Source: an uncultured Marinicella sp. (lineage in GTDB: Bacteria > Pseudomonadota > Gammaproteobacteria > Xanthomonadales > Marinicellaceae). Taken from it: a DNA stretch of 59,427 nt. Both the position numbers and the translations under genes were made by a program. The notes under the pieces are model-generated. The model was given only the letters and a program-made list of their open reading frames with translations. It was not told the DNA's origin and did no database searches. Below, piece by piece: positions 41,066-50,224 of this stretch. The stretch spans positions 1 through 59,427 of the forward strand of contig CALDFB010000276.1 of the NCBI GenBank assembly GCA_937942365.1, in the 5' to 3' direction. The first letter of the stretch is position 1. Every line of letters starts with the position of its first letter.

Positions 41066-41257
41066 CTATTGAAGGGTTTTTTTGCCATACAGCCAATCCA
41101 AGCCTTGTATCGCTGTGGATGGGAATGCAGTAGTATGACTGGCACCCGCTATGATTGAAATCTTTAAATCAACTGAATATTCAGCTTGTTGTTTTAGTTT
41201 TACTGCCAAAGTTTTTGCTCCAGCGACGTGGTAATCCCAAAGGGCAGCCCTTTTCAT
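41066..41257 (-). pseudogene. C-terminal remnant of a putative alpha/beta-hydrolase (esterase)
   Basis: IIAGASHTTAFPSTAIQGLDWLY resembles the His-containing end of putative esterases; no N-terminal part before the rpoH terminator. Confidence 0.5.
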
Positions 41258-41362
41258 TAACTTAAAATTAAATGTTGGTTATGATTAAAAACAAAATTTC
41301 TCGCTTGCGCTCTGGCGTGGTCATGTATCAGTAGGCATCCTAATTAAACCAGCTCCTCAAAC

Positions 41363-41391
41363 AAAAAAGGCCGCATTCAGCGACCTTTTCA
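41363..41391 (-). terminator. rpoH intrinsic terminator
   Basis: Minus strand aaaaggtcgc-tgaat-gcggcctttttt. Confidence 0.75.
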
Positions 41392-41409
41392 ATTCAACAC
41401 AAGAGGCTA

Positions 41410-42261
41410 TTAAGCCACCATTTGTGTTTTCAGTTTCTTCAACGCAACCGCTTCTAATTGTCTGATGCGTTCGGCTGAGACTTCGTATTTTGCGGCCAAC
41501 TCTTGTAAAGTGGCTTTTTTATCCACCAACCAGCGACTTTGGATGATGTCCAAAGAGCGATCATCTAATTTATCCAATCCTTTGAACAAAGCGTGGTGAT
41601 GCTTTTCAGCTTCTGTTTCTTTGATCAACTCAGCCTCTGGTGTCGGGCTGTTGTTCATGAGCCACGCTTGAGGTGAGTAGTTGTTTTCTTCATCGTCATC
41701 TACGGGTAAGTCAAAAGACACATCCTGTCCATGTAAACGAGACTCCATTTCAACCACCACTTCGGGACTGACATCGAGGTCTTTGGCAACACGTTTGACT
41801 TCGTCGTGGGTAAACCAGCCAAGACGCTTTTTGTTTTTTCTTAAATTGAAAAACAATTTACGGTGCGCTTTGGTGGTGGCCACTTTTAAAATGCGCCAGT
41901 TCTTTAAAATATACTCATGAATTTCAGCACGAATCCAATGTACTGCAAATGAGACCAAACGAACTTTATGGACTGAGTCAAAGCGTTTGATGGCTTTCAT
42001 TAAGCCAATGTTGCCTTCTTGGATGAGGTCACCGACAGGTAAGCCATATCCTGAATAGCCTTTGGCTACATAAACCACAAAGCGTAAATGTGACATGACC
42101 AAAGCATGTGCTGCATCGATGTCTTCATGATCGCGTACTTTGTCAGCCAAAGAGCGTTCTTCTTCGACGGTCAGTACGGGAATTTGGTTGACACTGCTGA
42201 TGTATGACTCCAGAGAGCCAGTGACTGCAGGTACTGGTAGGTTTTTGATATTAGTTGTCAT
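41410..42261 (-). CDS. rpoH: RNA polymerase sigma-32 (start MTTNIKNL)
   Basis: DLIQEGNIGLMKA; RpoH box HRKLFFNLR; SAERIRQLE. Confidence 0.97.
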   Translation of the reverse strand: MTTNIKNLPVPAVTGSLESYISSVNQIPVLTVEEERSLADKVRDHEDIDAAHALVMSHLRFVVYVAKGYSGYGLPVGDLIQEGNIGLMKAIKRFDSVHKVRLVSFAVHWIRAEIHEYILKNWRILKVATTKAHRKLFFNLRKNKKRLGWFTHDEVKRVAKDLDVSPEVVVEMESRLHGQDVSFDLPVDDDEENNYSPQAWLMNNSPTPEAELIKETEAEKHHHALFKGLDKLDDRSLDIIQSRWLVDKKATLQELAAKYEVSAERIRQLEAVALKKLKTQMVA

Positions 42262-42339
42262 TATTATTGTCTCCAATCTTACATGGCTTAATAAGCCCAT
42301 GTGATGAGAAGTAAAGATGCCTCGGTTGATCAATATTAA

Positions 42340-42367
42340 TTTGACCTGTAAACACCTGTGAAGTTCC
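42340..42367 (-). promoter_or_regulatory. Sigma-E promoter of rpoH
   Basis: Minus strand GGAACTT-N16-TCAAA, an exact consensus match. Confidence 0.85.
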
Positions 42368-42562
42368 GTCCTCCATTGAGCAACGGGGAAGCAATTATAG
42401 CATGACAGAAACCCGTGTCAATGGGCCAAAAGTGCCAGGTAACTGTTAATTAAAACAACCCGTAAGGGGCTAAGTTTTTCGCCATCAATTAGCAGACACC
42501 AAAATACTCCAAAAGCTGTCATTTTTCTGTGAAAATATGGTTTTTATTTGGGTTTAAAGCTT

Positions 42563-43162
42563 ATGAAATTGTGGGGCGATCTAAAATCAGGCAACTGTTA
42601 TAAAATTCAGTTAACAGCGGCATTGTTAGACATTGATTTAGGCTGGGTTGATGTAGATATTATGCAGGGCCAAACTCAAACCCCGGAGTTCTTAAACATG
42701 AACCCCAATGGCAAAATACCCTTGCTACAATTAAAAGATGGGAGTTATTTAAGTGAGTCCAATGCGATCGTCAACTACTTAGCATTTGGTTCATCGCTGT
42801 TGCCGGATACTCGTTTGGCTTTCAGTCAAGTCCAGCAGTGGCAGTTTTTTGAACAATACAGTCATGAACCTTATGTTGCAGTGGCTAGATTCATCAACAA
42901 ATACCTGGGATTACCCGATGATCGACTGGCAGAATACCAAGCCAAACAAACAGGTGGAAACAAAGCATTGGCGGTGATGGAAGCGCAACTGAGTGATACA
43001 GCATATTTAACCGGTGATGCCATTACGGTTGCTGATGTGTGTTTGTATGCCTACACCCACATTGCCGATGAAGGTGGTTTTGATTTAGACTATTTTCCAG
43101 CGATCCAAAGGTGGCTGCTAACCATAGCAGCCCACCCTAAGTTTATACCAATGCAGTCTTAA
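42563..43162 (+). CDS. Glutathione S-transferase family protein
   Basis: SGNCYK; NPNGKIP; SESNAI; FFEQYSHEP; TVADVCLYAYTH. Confidence 0.92.
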   Translation: MKLWGDLKSGNCYKIQLTAALLDIDLGWVDVDIMQGQTQTPEFLNMNPNGKIPLLQLKDGSYLSESNAIVNYLAFGSSLLPDTRLAFSQVQQWQFFEQYSHEPYVAVARFINKYLGLPDDRLAEYQAKQTGGNKALAVMEAQLSDTAYLTGDAITVADVCLYAYTHIADEGGFDLDYFPAIQRWLLTIAAHPKFIPMQS

Positions 43163-44991
43163 GGAATATAATTAAGGTCACACAGACAGTGAGCCATTTG
43201 CTGAACTTCACCCGGTTTTGCGTCCAATAAAAGTGTCAATTCAGCAGCAAATGGTTGTAATAACTGCTGAATTTTGAGGTTGCTTTTAGTTCCTGAAAGA
43301 TCGATGTGTTCACTGGCTTTGGCCATCATGTCTACAAATAATTGTTCGGTGAAGCTCAAACTTTCTTCCACCCATACCAACTGATGATCATCGCCTAAAT
43401 TGGCCAAGCTGGCTGCCTCTTTAATGGCTTGTTGTAGCCCGCCTAAGTTATCTATCAAGCCTAAATCATGGGCTTGTTTGGCAGTCCATACACGACCTCG
43501 TGCGATGCGATCAACCATTTCAACTTCTAAGTTTCTCGCAGCGGCTACTGAACCAATGAATTGTTGGTAGCCGTATTCAATGTTACTTTGAATCAATTCA
43601 GCAAATTCAGGGTCTAAATCTTTATCAGGGTTAAAGGCGCCGACCCATTTAGTGGTGCCAACACCGTCGGTACTGATGCCCAATTTATTAAACAATTCAG
43701 GGTAAGTCATTAACAAACCATAAATACCAATTGATCCAGTGATGGTTGCCTCATCCGCCCAGATACTGTCGGCAGTCATCGAAACCCAGTAACCTCCAGA
43801 GGCGGCCAGGTTACCCATTGATACCACCACGGGTTTACCGGCCACTTTTAAGGCATCCACTTGACGTCTGATTTGTTCAGATGGATAAACACCACCACCT
43901 GGACTGTTCACCCTTAATACCACTGCTTTGACTGATTGATCTAGTCTGGCTCGTTCTAATAAAGCGCTGGTTGAGGCCCCACCGATCGTGCCTGGGGGCT
44001 GCTCGCCTCCATAAATGGCGCCTTCGGCGACCACCACTGCAATTTGCTTAGCAGCTGTGTTTTTAGGTTTGTGTGTGGTGAGGTAGTCTTCAAAATTGAT
44101 GCCACGAAAATGGTTGTTATCATCATCAAATGAACTGACTTCAGCGATGCGTTTGTGCATAAAGCTTTGTTTCATGATGCGATCGACTAAGCCAGATTCT
44201 ACCGCCATATTGGCAACGGAACCTTTATTGGCCATCAACCTTTTGGCCTGTTGATCAACAATTTCCTCAATTTCTTCAACCGATAAGTCCCGTCTTTTGG
44301 CCACTCCAGCCATATAGGTTTGCCACAGGTCATTCATAAAGTGGAGCCCAGCCTCTTTCGCTTCCAGCGACATGTCGTTGCGAACATAGGGCTCAGCAGC
44401 GGATTTGTATTCACCGACTTTGAATAAATGAACATCAACACCGAGCTTATCTAAACCGTCTTTGAAGTAGTTTCGATATGAGCCAAAACCTTGTAAAAAC
44501 AGGAAGCCTTGAGGGTCCATCAAAACCTCATCAGCCAAACTGGCGAAATAATATTGGGCTTGTGATAAGTTGGTTGCCATGGCGATTACGGGTTTGTCGG
44601 TTTTTTCTCTGAATTGATCAATGGCATATTCAATTTCACGTAAATTGGCCAATCCTGCGCCCCACATATAGTCTGGGTTCAGTACCAAAGCGCTGATTTT
44701 TGAATCTGTCGTAGCCAACTCAATAGCCAACAACAAGTCACGAACTCGGGTCTCAGGAATGCTGGTACCTCGGATGTTATCAATGGCCTGTGAGGTGGGG
44801 TCTCCGCTGAACTGATCAACGATGAAACCTTTAGGGGCTAGGACTAAAGCTGTTTGGTTTTTGATGTTGATGCTTTGTCCGCCAAAGATAAAGTATAAAA
44901 TGAACAGAAAAACCAACAACAATAAAAGATGTCTGGTGAAGTTAGCCACTAAGATAAATGGCTTGGTAAAAAAATTGAATAAGTTACTCAT
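43159..44991 (-). CDS. sppA: Signal peptide peptidase SppA (67K type)
   Basis: GEYKSAAEP; RVNSPGG; AASGGYW; TGSIG; GRVWT. Confidence 0.95.
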   Translation of the reverse strand: MSNLFNFFTKPFILVANFTRHLLLLLVFLFILYFIFGGQSINIKNQTALVLAPKGFIVDQFSGDPTSQAIDNIRGTSIPETRVRDLLLAIELATTDSKISALVLNPDYMWGAGLANLREIEYAIDQFREKTDKPVIAMATNLSQAQYYFASLADEVLMDPQGFLFLQGFGSYRNYFKDGLDKLGVDVHLFKVGEYKSAAEPYVRNDMSLEAKEAGLHFMNDLWQTYMAGVAKRRDLSVEEIEEIVDQQAKRLMANKGSVANMAVESGLVDRIMKQSFMHKRIAEVSSFDDDNNHFRGINFEDYLTTHKPKNTAAKQIAVVVAEGAIYGGEQPPGTIGGASTSALLERARLDQSVKAVVLRVNSPGGGVYPSEQIRRQVDALKVAGKPVVVSMGNLAASGGYWVSMTADSIWADEATITGSIGIYGLLMTYPELFNKLGISTDGVGTTKWVGAFNPDKDLDPEFAELIQSNIEYGYQQFIGSVAAARNLEVEMVDRIARGRVWTAKQAHDLGLIDNLGGLQQAIKEAASLANLGDDHQLVWVEESLSFTEQLFVDMMAKASEHIDLSGTKSNLKIQQLLQPFAAELTLLLDAKPGEVQQMAHCLCDLNYIP

Positions 44992-45158
44992 AATTTTGGT
45001 TTTAAACGGTGGTGGGTTATTGTCATGCAGCTATTTTAACAGGCGAAGCGTCTTTAACATGTCACAATGGTCATGAATTAACATAGTTTTAAAGATCCAC
45101 TTGTAAGCACCTAAACAAAAGATCATAATTATAGGCCTATTCATCCCCAGTAAAAAGC

Positions 45159-48059
45159 ATGATATTTAATCAAAAAACCAAATTAATTTTCTTAAGCTTT
45201 GTGTGCTTGTTTTTCGTATCACTGAATGTTCATGGTGAAATTAAATCGAGTTATATTAACCAAAAAAATGCTTGGGATAAACATCAACAGATGAAAGCCA
45301 ACACCCCATTCAAGGGAGTAACTTGGCGCAATGTGGGCCCCGTAGTACAAGGTGGCCGTGCTGTGGATGTCATCAGACCCAATGATCAGCCTCATGTTAT
45401 CTATGTGGCTTATGCCTCTGGCGGGGTGTGGAAAAGTGATAACAATGGCACCACATTTCGATCCATTACTGATCACCTATCTAGCCAAATCGTCGGTTCT
45501 TTGGCAATAGATCCTAATAATTCTGATGTGTTGTGGTTGGGAACCGGTGAAAATAACTCATCCAGGTCTTCTTATGGCGGTATGGGTGTGTTCAAGTCAA
45601 CCGATGCGGGAGAAACATGGAGACATGTTGGTTTGGGAGATACTGATCGCATCGGCAGAATATTGGTTGATCCACAAGATTCCAATCGAGTCTATGTGGC
45701 AGCACTAGGAAAGCTGTACTCCAAAGGAGGTGATCGTGGCTTATATCGCACCAAAGATGGCGGTGAAACTTGGGAAACATTGGTTGCTGGCACTGGTTGG
45801 ACAGGTTTTATAGATGTCGCTCGTTCACCCAATGGTGTGATGTATGCGGCCGCCTGGGAAAGGTCACGCTCGGCATGGAATTTTGTTGAAGGTGGAAAAG
45901 GCAGTGCCATTTATCGCAGCACAGATAATGGCGAAAGCTGGCAAAGACTTGAGAATGGGTTACCACAAGGTCAGTATACCGGTCGCATGGGTTTAACTGT
46001 TTCAACCAGTCATCCTGAAACCTTATATGTTTCAGTTGATAACCAGACACCACTGCCGGAAGATCAATGGGATATGGGTGACAGCGCTGTAACCACCAAA
46101 AGATTAAAAAATATGGATAAGCAGGCTTTTCTACAACAAGACCCCAAAGCCATAGAACGTTTTTTACGAAGCAATAACTTTCCACCGGACTTGAAAGCAG
46201 AAACGCTGATAGAACAGATTGAAAATGATGAAATAACGCCAACAGACTTAGTTGGTCAATTAACCGATGGCAATGATAATTTATTCAATGTAGACATCAA
46301 ATCCTTAGAAATCTATCGCTCAGATGATGGTGGGGATAGTTTTTATCGAACACATAAAGCTGACATCCAGCAGGTGGTGTATTCCTATGGCTATTACTTT
46401 GGTCAAATTAAAGTGGATCCACAAAATGTAGATACAGTTTATGCCACAGGTGTGCCATTCATTAAATCAACCGATGGTGGTAAGACTTGGGACGGTGCCT
46501 GGGAATCATCAGTTCATGCCGATATTCAGGCCATTTGGGTTAATCCAAAACACAGTAACCACATCATGATTGGTAATGACGGTGGCGTGGATGAAAGTTT
46601 CGACGGTGGTCAAACTTGGCGAAAAGTGGACAAGCAGCCGGTAGGTCAGTTCTATACCATTGCTGTTGATATGGAAAAACCATACAACATATATGGAGGT
46701 TTACAAGACAATGGTACCCTCAAAGGGTCTAGCAACAATTTGTGGCACAACAACCAATACCACGGCAGTGATTGGGAGCGAATCTTTGGTGGTGATGGCA
46801 TGCACGTGAACATAGATGACGATGAAAAGTTGACTTATGTGGGGTTCCAATTTGGTAATTCATTCAGGTTAAGTTCGGCGGCGCCCAAAAATATCACACC
46901 ACCAACCTATGTGGGTGAAGAAACCCTGCGTAAAAATTGGAATACGCCTGTGATGATGTCCACTCATAACAAGGACATCTTGTACTTTGCCGGTCACCAA
47001 GTTTATCGCAGTATGAACCAAGGCGATGATTGGACGGCCATCAGCGAAGACCTCACCGAATCCAGTCAGAAAGGTGATGTGCCCTTTGCCACGGCCACCA
47101 GTTTGTCCGAATCGCCATTGAAGTTTGGTTTGCTTTGGGTGGGCACCGATGATGGTTTGGTTTGGGTGACTAAAGATGGTGGGAACCAATGGACAAAAGT
47201 CAGTAAAAAGCTGCCTAAAGGCAAGTGGATCAGTCGGATAGTTGCTTCACCACACGAGGAGAAACGTGCTTGGTTGGCCATAAATAATTATCGCAATGAC
47301 GACATCAAGCCTTATTTGTATAAAACTGAAAATTTGGGTAAAAGTTGGCAAAATAGGGTCAATGGTTTGCCCAATGAGACCATTAATGTCGTTAAAGAGG
47401 ATCCGAAAAATTCAGACATCGTATATGTGGGTACCGATAAAGGTATCTATGTTTCAACCAATCAAGGGCAAAACTGGCAAATGCTGGGTGATCAATTGCC
47501 GACAGTACCTGTTCATGATTTGATTGTCCACCCTCGTGAGAATGAATTGATTTTAGGAACCCATGGTAGAAGTGTTTTCGTTGCAGATGTTGGGCCTTTA
47601 CAAACCATGACGGATGAAAACCAGGCGGCTGACTTACATATTCATGACATCGATGAAATCAAAGAAAAAGGTGGTTGGGATAACAGACCAAGGCTGTGGG
47701 GCTATAACGATGACTTGGATGACAGTCAAAGCGTTTATATTTGGGCTAAGGATGCTGGCGATGCAACACTGACGATTACCAACAAAGATGATTCGGTTTA
47801 TCGAACCCAAAAACTTCGACTGACTTCTGGTTTAAACCAATGGTTGTGGGACTATAAGGTAGATATTGATGCTGCCATTAAAGCGGAAATCGCACTTAAT
47901 GAAAAAAACAAAGATGACGACAAGCCCTTTAATTTGTCCATGGTGCCCTACGCAGAGTCGAAACGTTTGGGCCATCCTGACTACATAGAACCTGGTGAGT
48001 ACAAAATGGTCATTGAGCAAGGTTCACATCAACACAGTGTTGATTTGACCATCAAATAA
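45159..48059 (+). CDS. Secreted VPS10/BNR-repeat (sortilin-like) propeller protein
   Basis: WRNVGP..GGR; many SxDxGxTW; GGLQDNG; GTHGRS. Confidence 0.85.
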   Translation: MIFNQKTKLIFLSFVCLFFVSLNVHGEIKSSYINQKNAWDKHQQMKANTPFKGVTWRNVGPVVQGGRAVDVIRPNDQPHVIYVAYASGGVWKSDNNGTTFRSITDHLSSQIVGSLAIDPNNSDVLWLGTGENNSSRSSYGGMGVFKSTDAGETWRHVGLGDTDRIGRILVDPQDSNRVYVAALGKLYSKGGDRGLYRTKDGGETWETLVAGTGWTGFIDVARSPNGVMYAAAWERSRSAWNFVEGGKGSAIYRSTDNGESWQRLENGLPQGQYTGRMGLTVSTSHPETLYVSVDNQTPLPEDQWDMGDSAVTTKRLKNMDKQAFLQQDPKAIERFLRSNNFPPDLKAETLIEQIENDEITPTDLVGQLTDGNDNLFNVDIKSLEIYRSDDGGDSFYRTHKADIQQVVYSYGYYFGQIKVDPQNVDTVYATGVPFIKSTDGGKTWDGAWESSVHADIQAIWVNPKHSNHIMIGNDGGVDESFDGGQTWRKVDKQPVGQFYTIAVDMEKPYNIYGGLQDNGTLKGSSNNLWHNNQYHGSDWERIFGGDGMHVNIDDDEKLTYVGFQFGNSFRLSSAAPKNITPPTYVGEETLRKNWNTPVMMSTHNKDILYFAGHQVYRSMNQGDDWTAISEDLTESSQKGDVPFATATSLSESPLKFGLLWVGTDDGLVWVTKDGGNQWTKVSKKLPKGKWISRIVASPHEEKRAWLAINNYRNDDIKPYLYKTENLGKSWQNRVNGLPNETINVVKEDPKNSDIVYVGTDKGIYVSTNQGQNWQMLGDQLPTVPVHDLIVHPRENELILGTHGRSVFVADVGPLQTMTDENQAADLHIHDIDEIKEKGGWDNRPRLWGYNDDLDDSQSVYIWAKDAGDATLTITNKDDSVYRTQKLRLTSGLNQWLWDYKVDIDAAIKAEIALNEKNKDDDKPFNLSMVPYAESKRLGHPDYIEPGEYKMVIEQGSHQHSVDLTIK

Positions 48060-48070
48060 TTGGCATCCTT

Positions 48071-48982
48071 GTGAAGGAAGGTGACTTAAACCGCCCAGCT
48101 TTTTGGCCTCATTTTTCAGCTTGGCTGGTGTTTGGCATAAGTTGGTTTTTAGCCCATTTACCCTATCCATTTTTACTGTGGTTGGGTCGAGGAATTGGTT
48201 GGCTATTCAAAAAGTTAGTTAAGTCACGTCAAGCGGTGGTTGAAAAAAACATCCAAATTTGTTTTGCCGAATTAAGCGCCAAGGAACAGCAAAACATCAT
48301 TGATCAAAATTATCGAGAGACCGGTATGATGGTCAGCCAGACTTTGAGAACTTTTTTAAACCGCTCGCCCAAACCGTTCGAAGGTCTCACAATTCAAGGC
48401 AAAGAACACCTGGAAAAAGCCCGCGCCAATAAACAAGGTGTGTTGCTGGTTTCGGGACACTTCACTGCACTAGATGTCGGTGGTCGTGCCATTTGTGAGC
48501 AATTCCCAATAGCAGGTGTATATCGCCCCCACAAAAACGCGGTGCAAGAATATGTGGTGAAAAAAGCCCGTTTGAATTACGCTGATGCCATGTTTACCCG
48601 TGATGAACTTAAAGGCATGGTTAAATATTTAAAATCTGGAGGAATTCTTTGGTATGCCCCAGACCAAGATTACCGCCGGGGCCAATCGGTATTTGCAAAT
48701 TTTTTTGGTACGCCTGCATCCACCATCACTGCCACCCACCAGCTGGCCAGAATTTCTGGCTGCCAAGTGATGTTTTATACGGTCCAAAGAATTGATCAAC
48801 ACCCCTTTTATCAACTCAGTGTCTCTGCACCGCTGGAGAATTTCCCCAGCAAAGATGTATTAGTCGATACGCAAAGAGTCAATGATCAGATTGAACGAAT
48901 GGTTAAGCAAAACCCAAGCCAATACCTGTGGCTACATAAACGATTTAAAACCCGACCAGAGGGTGATGATAATTATTATTGA
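48071..48982 (+). CDS. lpxL: Lipid A lauroyl/acyltransferase
   Basis: HFTALD; YRPH; YAPDQD; QYLWLHKRFKTRP. Confidence 0.9.
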   Translation: MKEGDLNRPAFWPHFSAWLVFGISWFLAHLPYPFLLWLGRGIGWLFKKLVKSRQAVVEKNIQICFAELSAKEQQNIIDQNYRETGMMVSQTLRTFLNRSPKPFEGLTIQGKEHLEKARANKQGVLLVSGHFTALDVGGRAICEQFPIAGVYRPHKNAVQEYVVKKARLNYADAMFTRDELKGMVKYLKSGGILWYAPDQDYRRGQSVFANFFGTPASTITATHQLARISGCQVMFYTVQRIDQHPFYQLSVSAPLENFPSKDVLVDTQRVNDQIERMVKQNPSQYLWLHKRFKTRPEGDDNYY

Positions 48983-49077
48983 GCGTATGACTTCACATAC
49001 CATAAAAGAACAAAATCCAAAAGTCAGGTTTTTATTGCGCCGAAAAAAACTCTTTAAATACGGTAAAACCGCGCTAG

Positions 49078-49332
49078 CCGTCATTCCAGCCGAGCTTTAG
49101 CGAGAGCAGAAACCAGGTGCGTGATCTTTGAGTTAATAATCAACTCAAAAATCATTACATAAAAAACCCCATGAAAAGACATTAAGAAAACCCTTAAAAT
49201 TACAGTATTAACATTCATGTTCCTTAGTTAACCTATCTAATGACTAAAAGAGCGGAAATTTATGTTCCCACCTGATATGAGAAATTCCGTGCCTGGATCC
49301 CTGCTCTCGCTAAAGCTCGGCTGGGACGACGG
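49078..49332. repeat. Inverted pair of family-B repeats around an AT-rich spacer (MITE/REPIN-like)
   Basis: ccgtcattccagccgagctttagcgagagcag and ctgctctcgctaaagctcggctgggacgacgg. Confidence 0.75.
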
Positions 49333-49426
49333 TTTAGTTCAGGTATTTAGTTAATACCAAAATCATAAATACTTTATATTCCCTCTTCCACCCCCATGAT
49401 GTGTGCATGTCATGGAATAAAATCAT

Positions 49427-50065
49427 ATGAAAATACCACATTTAGACCCTGAGTTCGCTCGAAGTCGAATGCGACAATGGCCACAAGCCTTTCGTATCAG
49501 CTTATTATTTTTGGTGGTAATTTGGGCGCTGTTTTTACTGGCACAAGTGCTGCCATTGACTCAGTTCGGTACCAAGCCTCGAAGTCTTGAGGGTCTGTTA
49601 GGTATTGTTACCATGCCTTTCATTCATAGTGGTTGGCCGCACTTGATTGACAACAGTTTACCCATGTTTTTAGCCATGGTGGCTTTGTTTGGTAACTACC
49701 CCAAGGTGGCAGTTAAAACAGTGGTGTTCAGCATTTTACTTTCAGGCACTTTGGTTTGGTTGTTTGGTCGAGAGGTCAATCATATCGGCTCCAGTGGTTT
49801 GTTCTATGCTTTGCTCACTTATTTGTTTGTCAGTGGATTTTTGAAAAAGGATTTACAGTCGATTGGTATTTCAGTGGCCATTGCATTCATGTATGGCTAT
49901 ATGATTTGGGGCATCTTTCCAGGTCGAGCAGGTATTTCATGGGAGTCACATATGTTCGGTTTTTTATCGGGTGTGTTTTTGGCCTACAACACCAAAGACA
50001 TTGATCGGCCCGTACTCAAAGATTGGCGCTTGGATGATGATCTTGATGATTATTACGGGGATTAA
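49427..50065 (+). CDS. Rhomboid family intramembrane serine protease
   Basis: HSGWPHLIDN; HIGSSG (GxSG); SWESHMFG. Confidence 0.92.
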   Translation: MKIPHLDPEFARSRMRQWPQAFRISLLFLVVIWALFLLAQVLPLTQFGTKPRSLEGLLGIVTMPFIHSGWPHLIDNSLPMFLAMVALFGNYPKVAVKTVVFSILLSGTLVWLFGREVNHIGSSGLFYALLTYLFVSGFLKKDLQSIGISVAIAFMYGYMIWGIFPGRAGISWESHMFGFLSGVFLAYNTKDIDRPVLKDWRLDDDLDDYYGD

Positions 50066-50125
50066 TCAATGAATGTCATTGGCTGATTTAATTCATCGGC
50101 TGCCTAAGGTTCAATGATTTAAAAC

Positions 50126-50169
50126 TGTGAAGAACATAACACAATCTGTGCATTTTTATTTGTTATACT
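50126..50169 (+). promoter_or_regulatory. CRP-like box plus extended -10
   Basis: TGTGA-agaaca-TAACA (one mismatch) at 50126-50141; TGtTATACT at 50161-50169. Confidence 0.45.
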
Positions 50170-50224
50170 AAAGATTTAATACAGGCCTTTTTTTTAAAAA
50201 TTCTTTTTTTAGGAAGCTATATTC

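Noticed and set aside
36124-41340. Prophage or integrative element
   Set aside because: No integrase, tRNA attachment site or phage genes are visible.
49427-50065. Rhomboid as a rhombosortase processing the IFxxGFE tag
   Set aside because: Rhomboids cleave in or near TM helices. The tag has no TM segment, no GlyGly-CTERM tails are visible, and the protein looks like a generic rhomboid.
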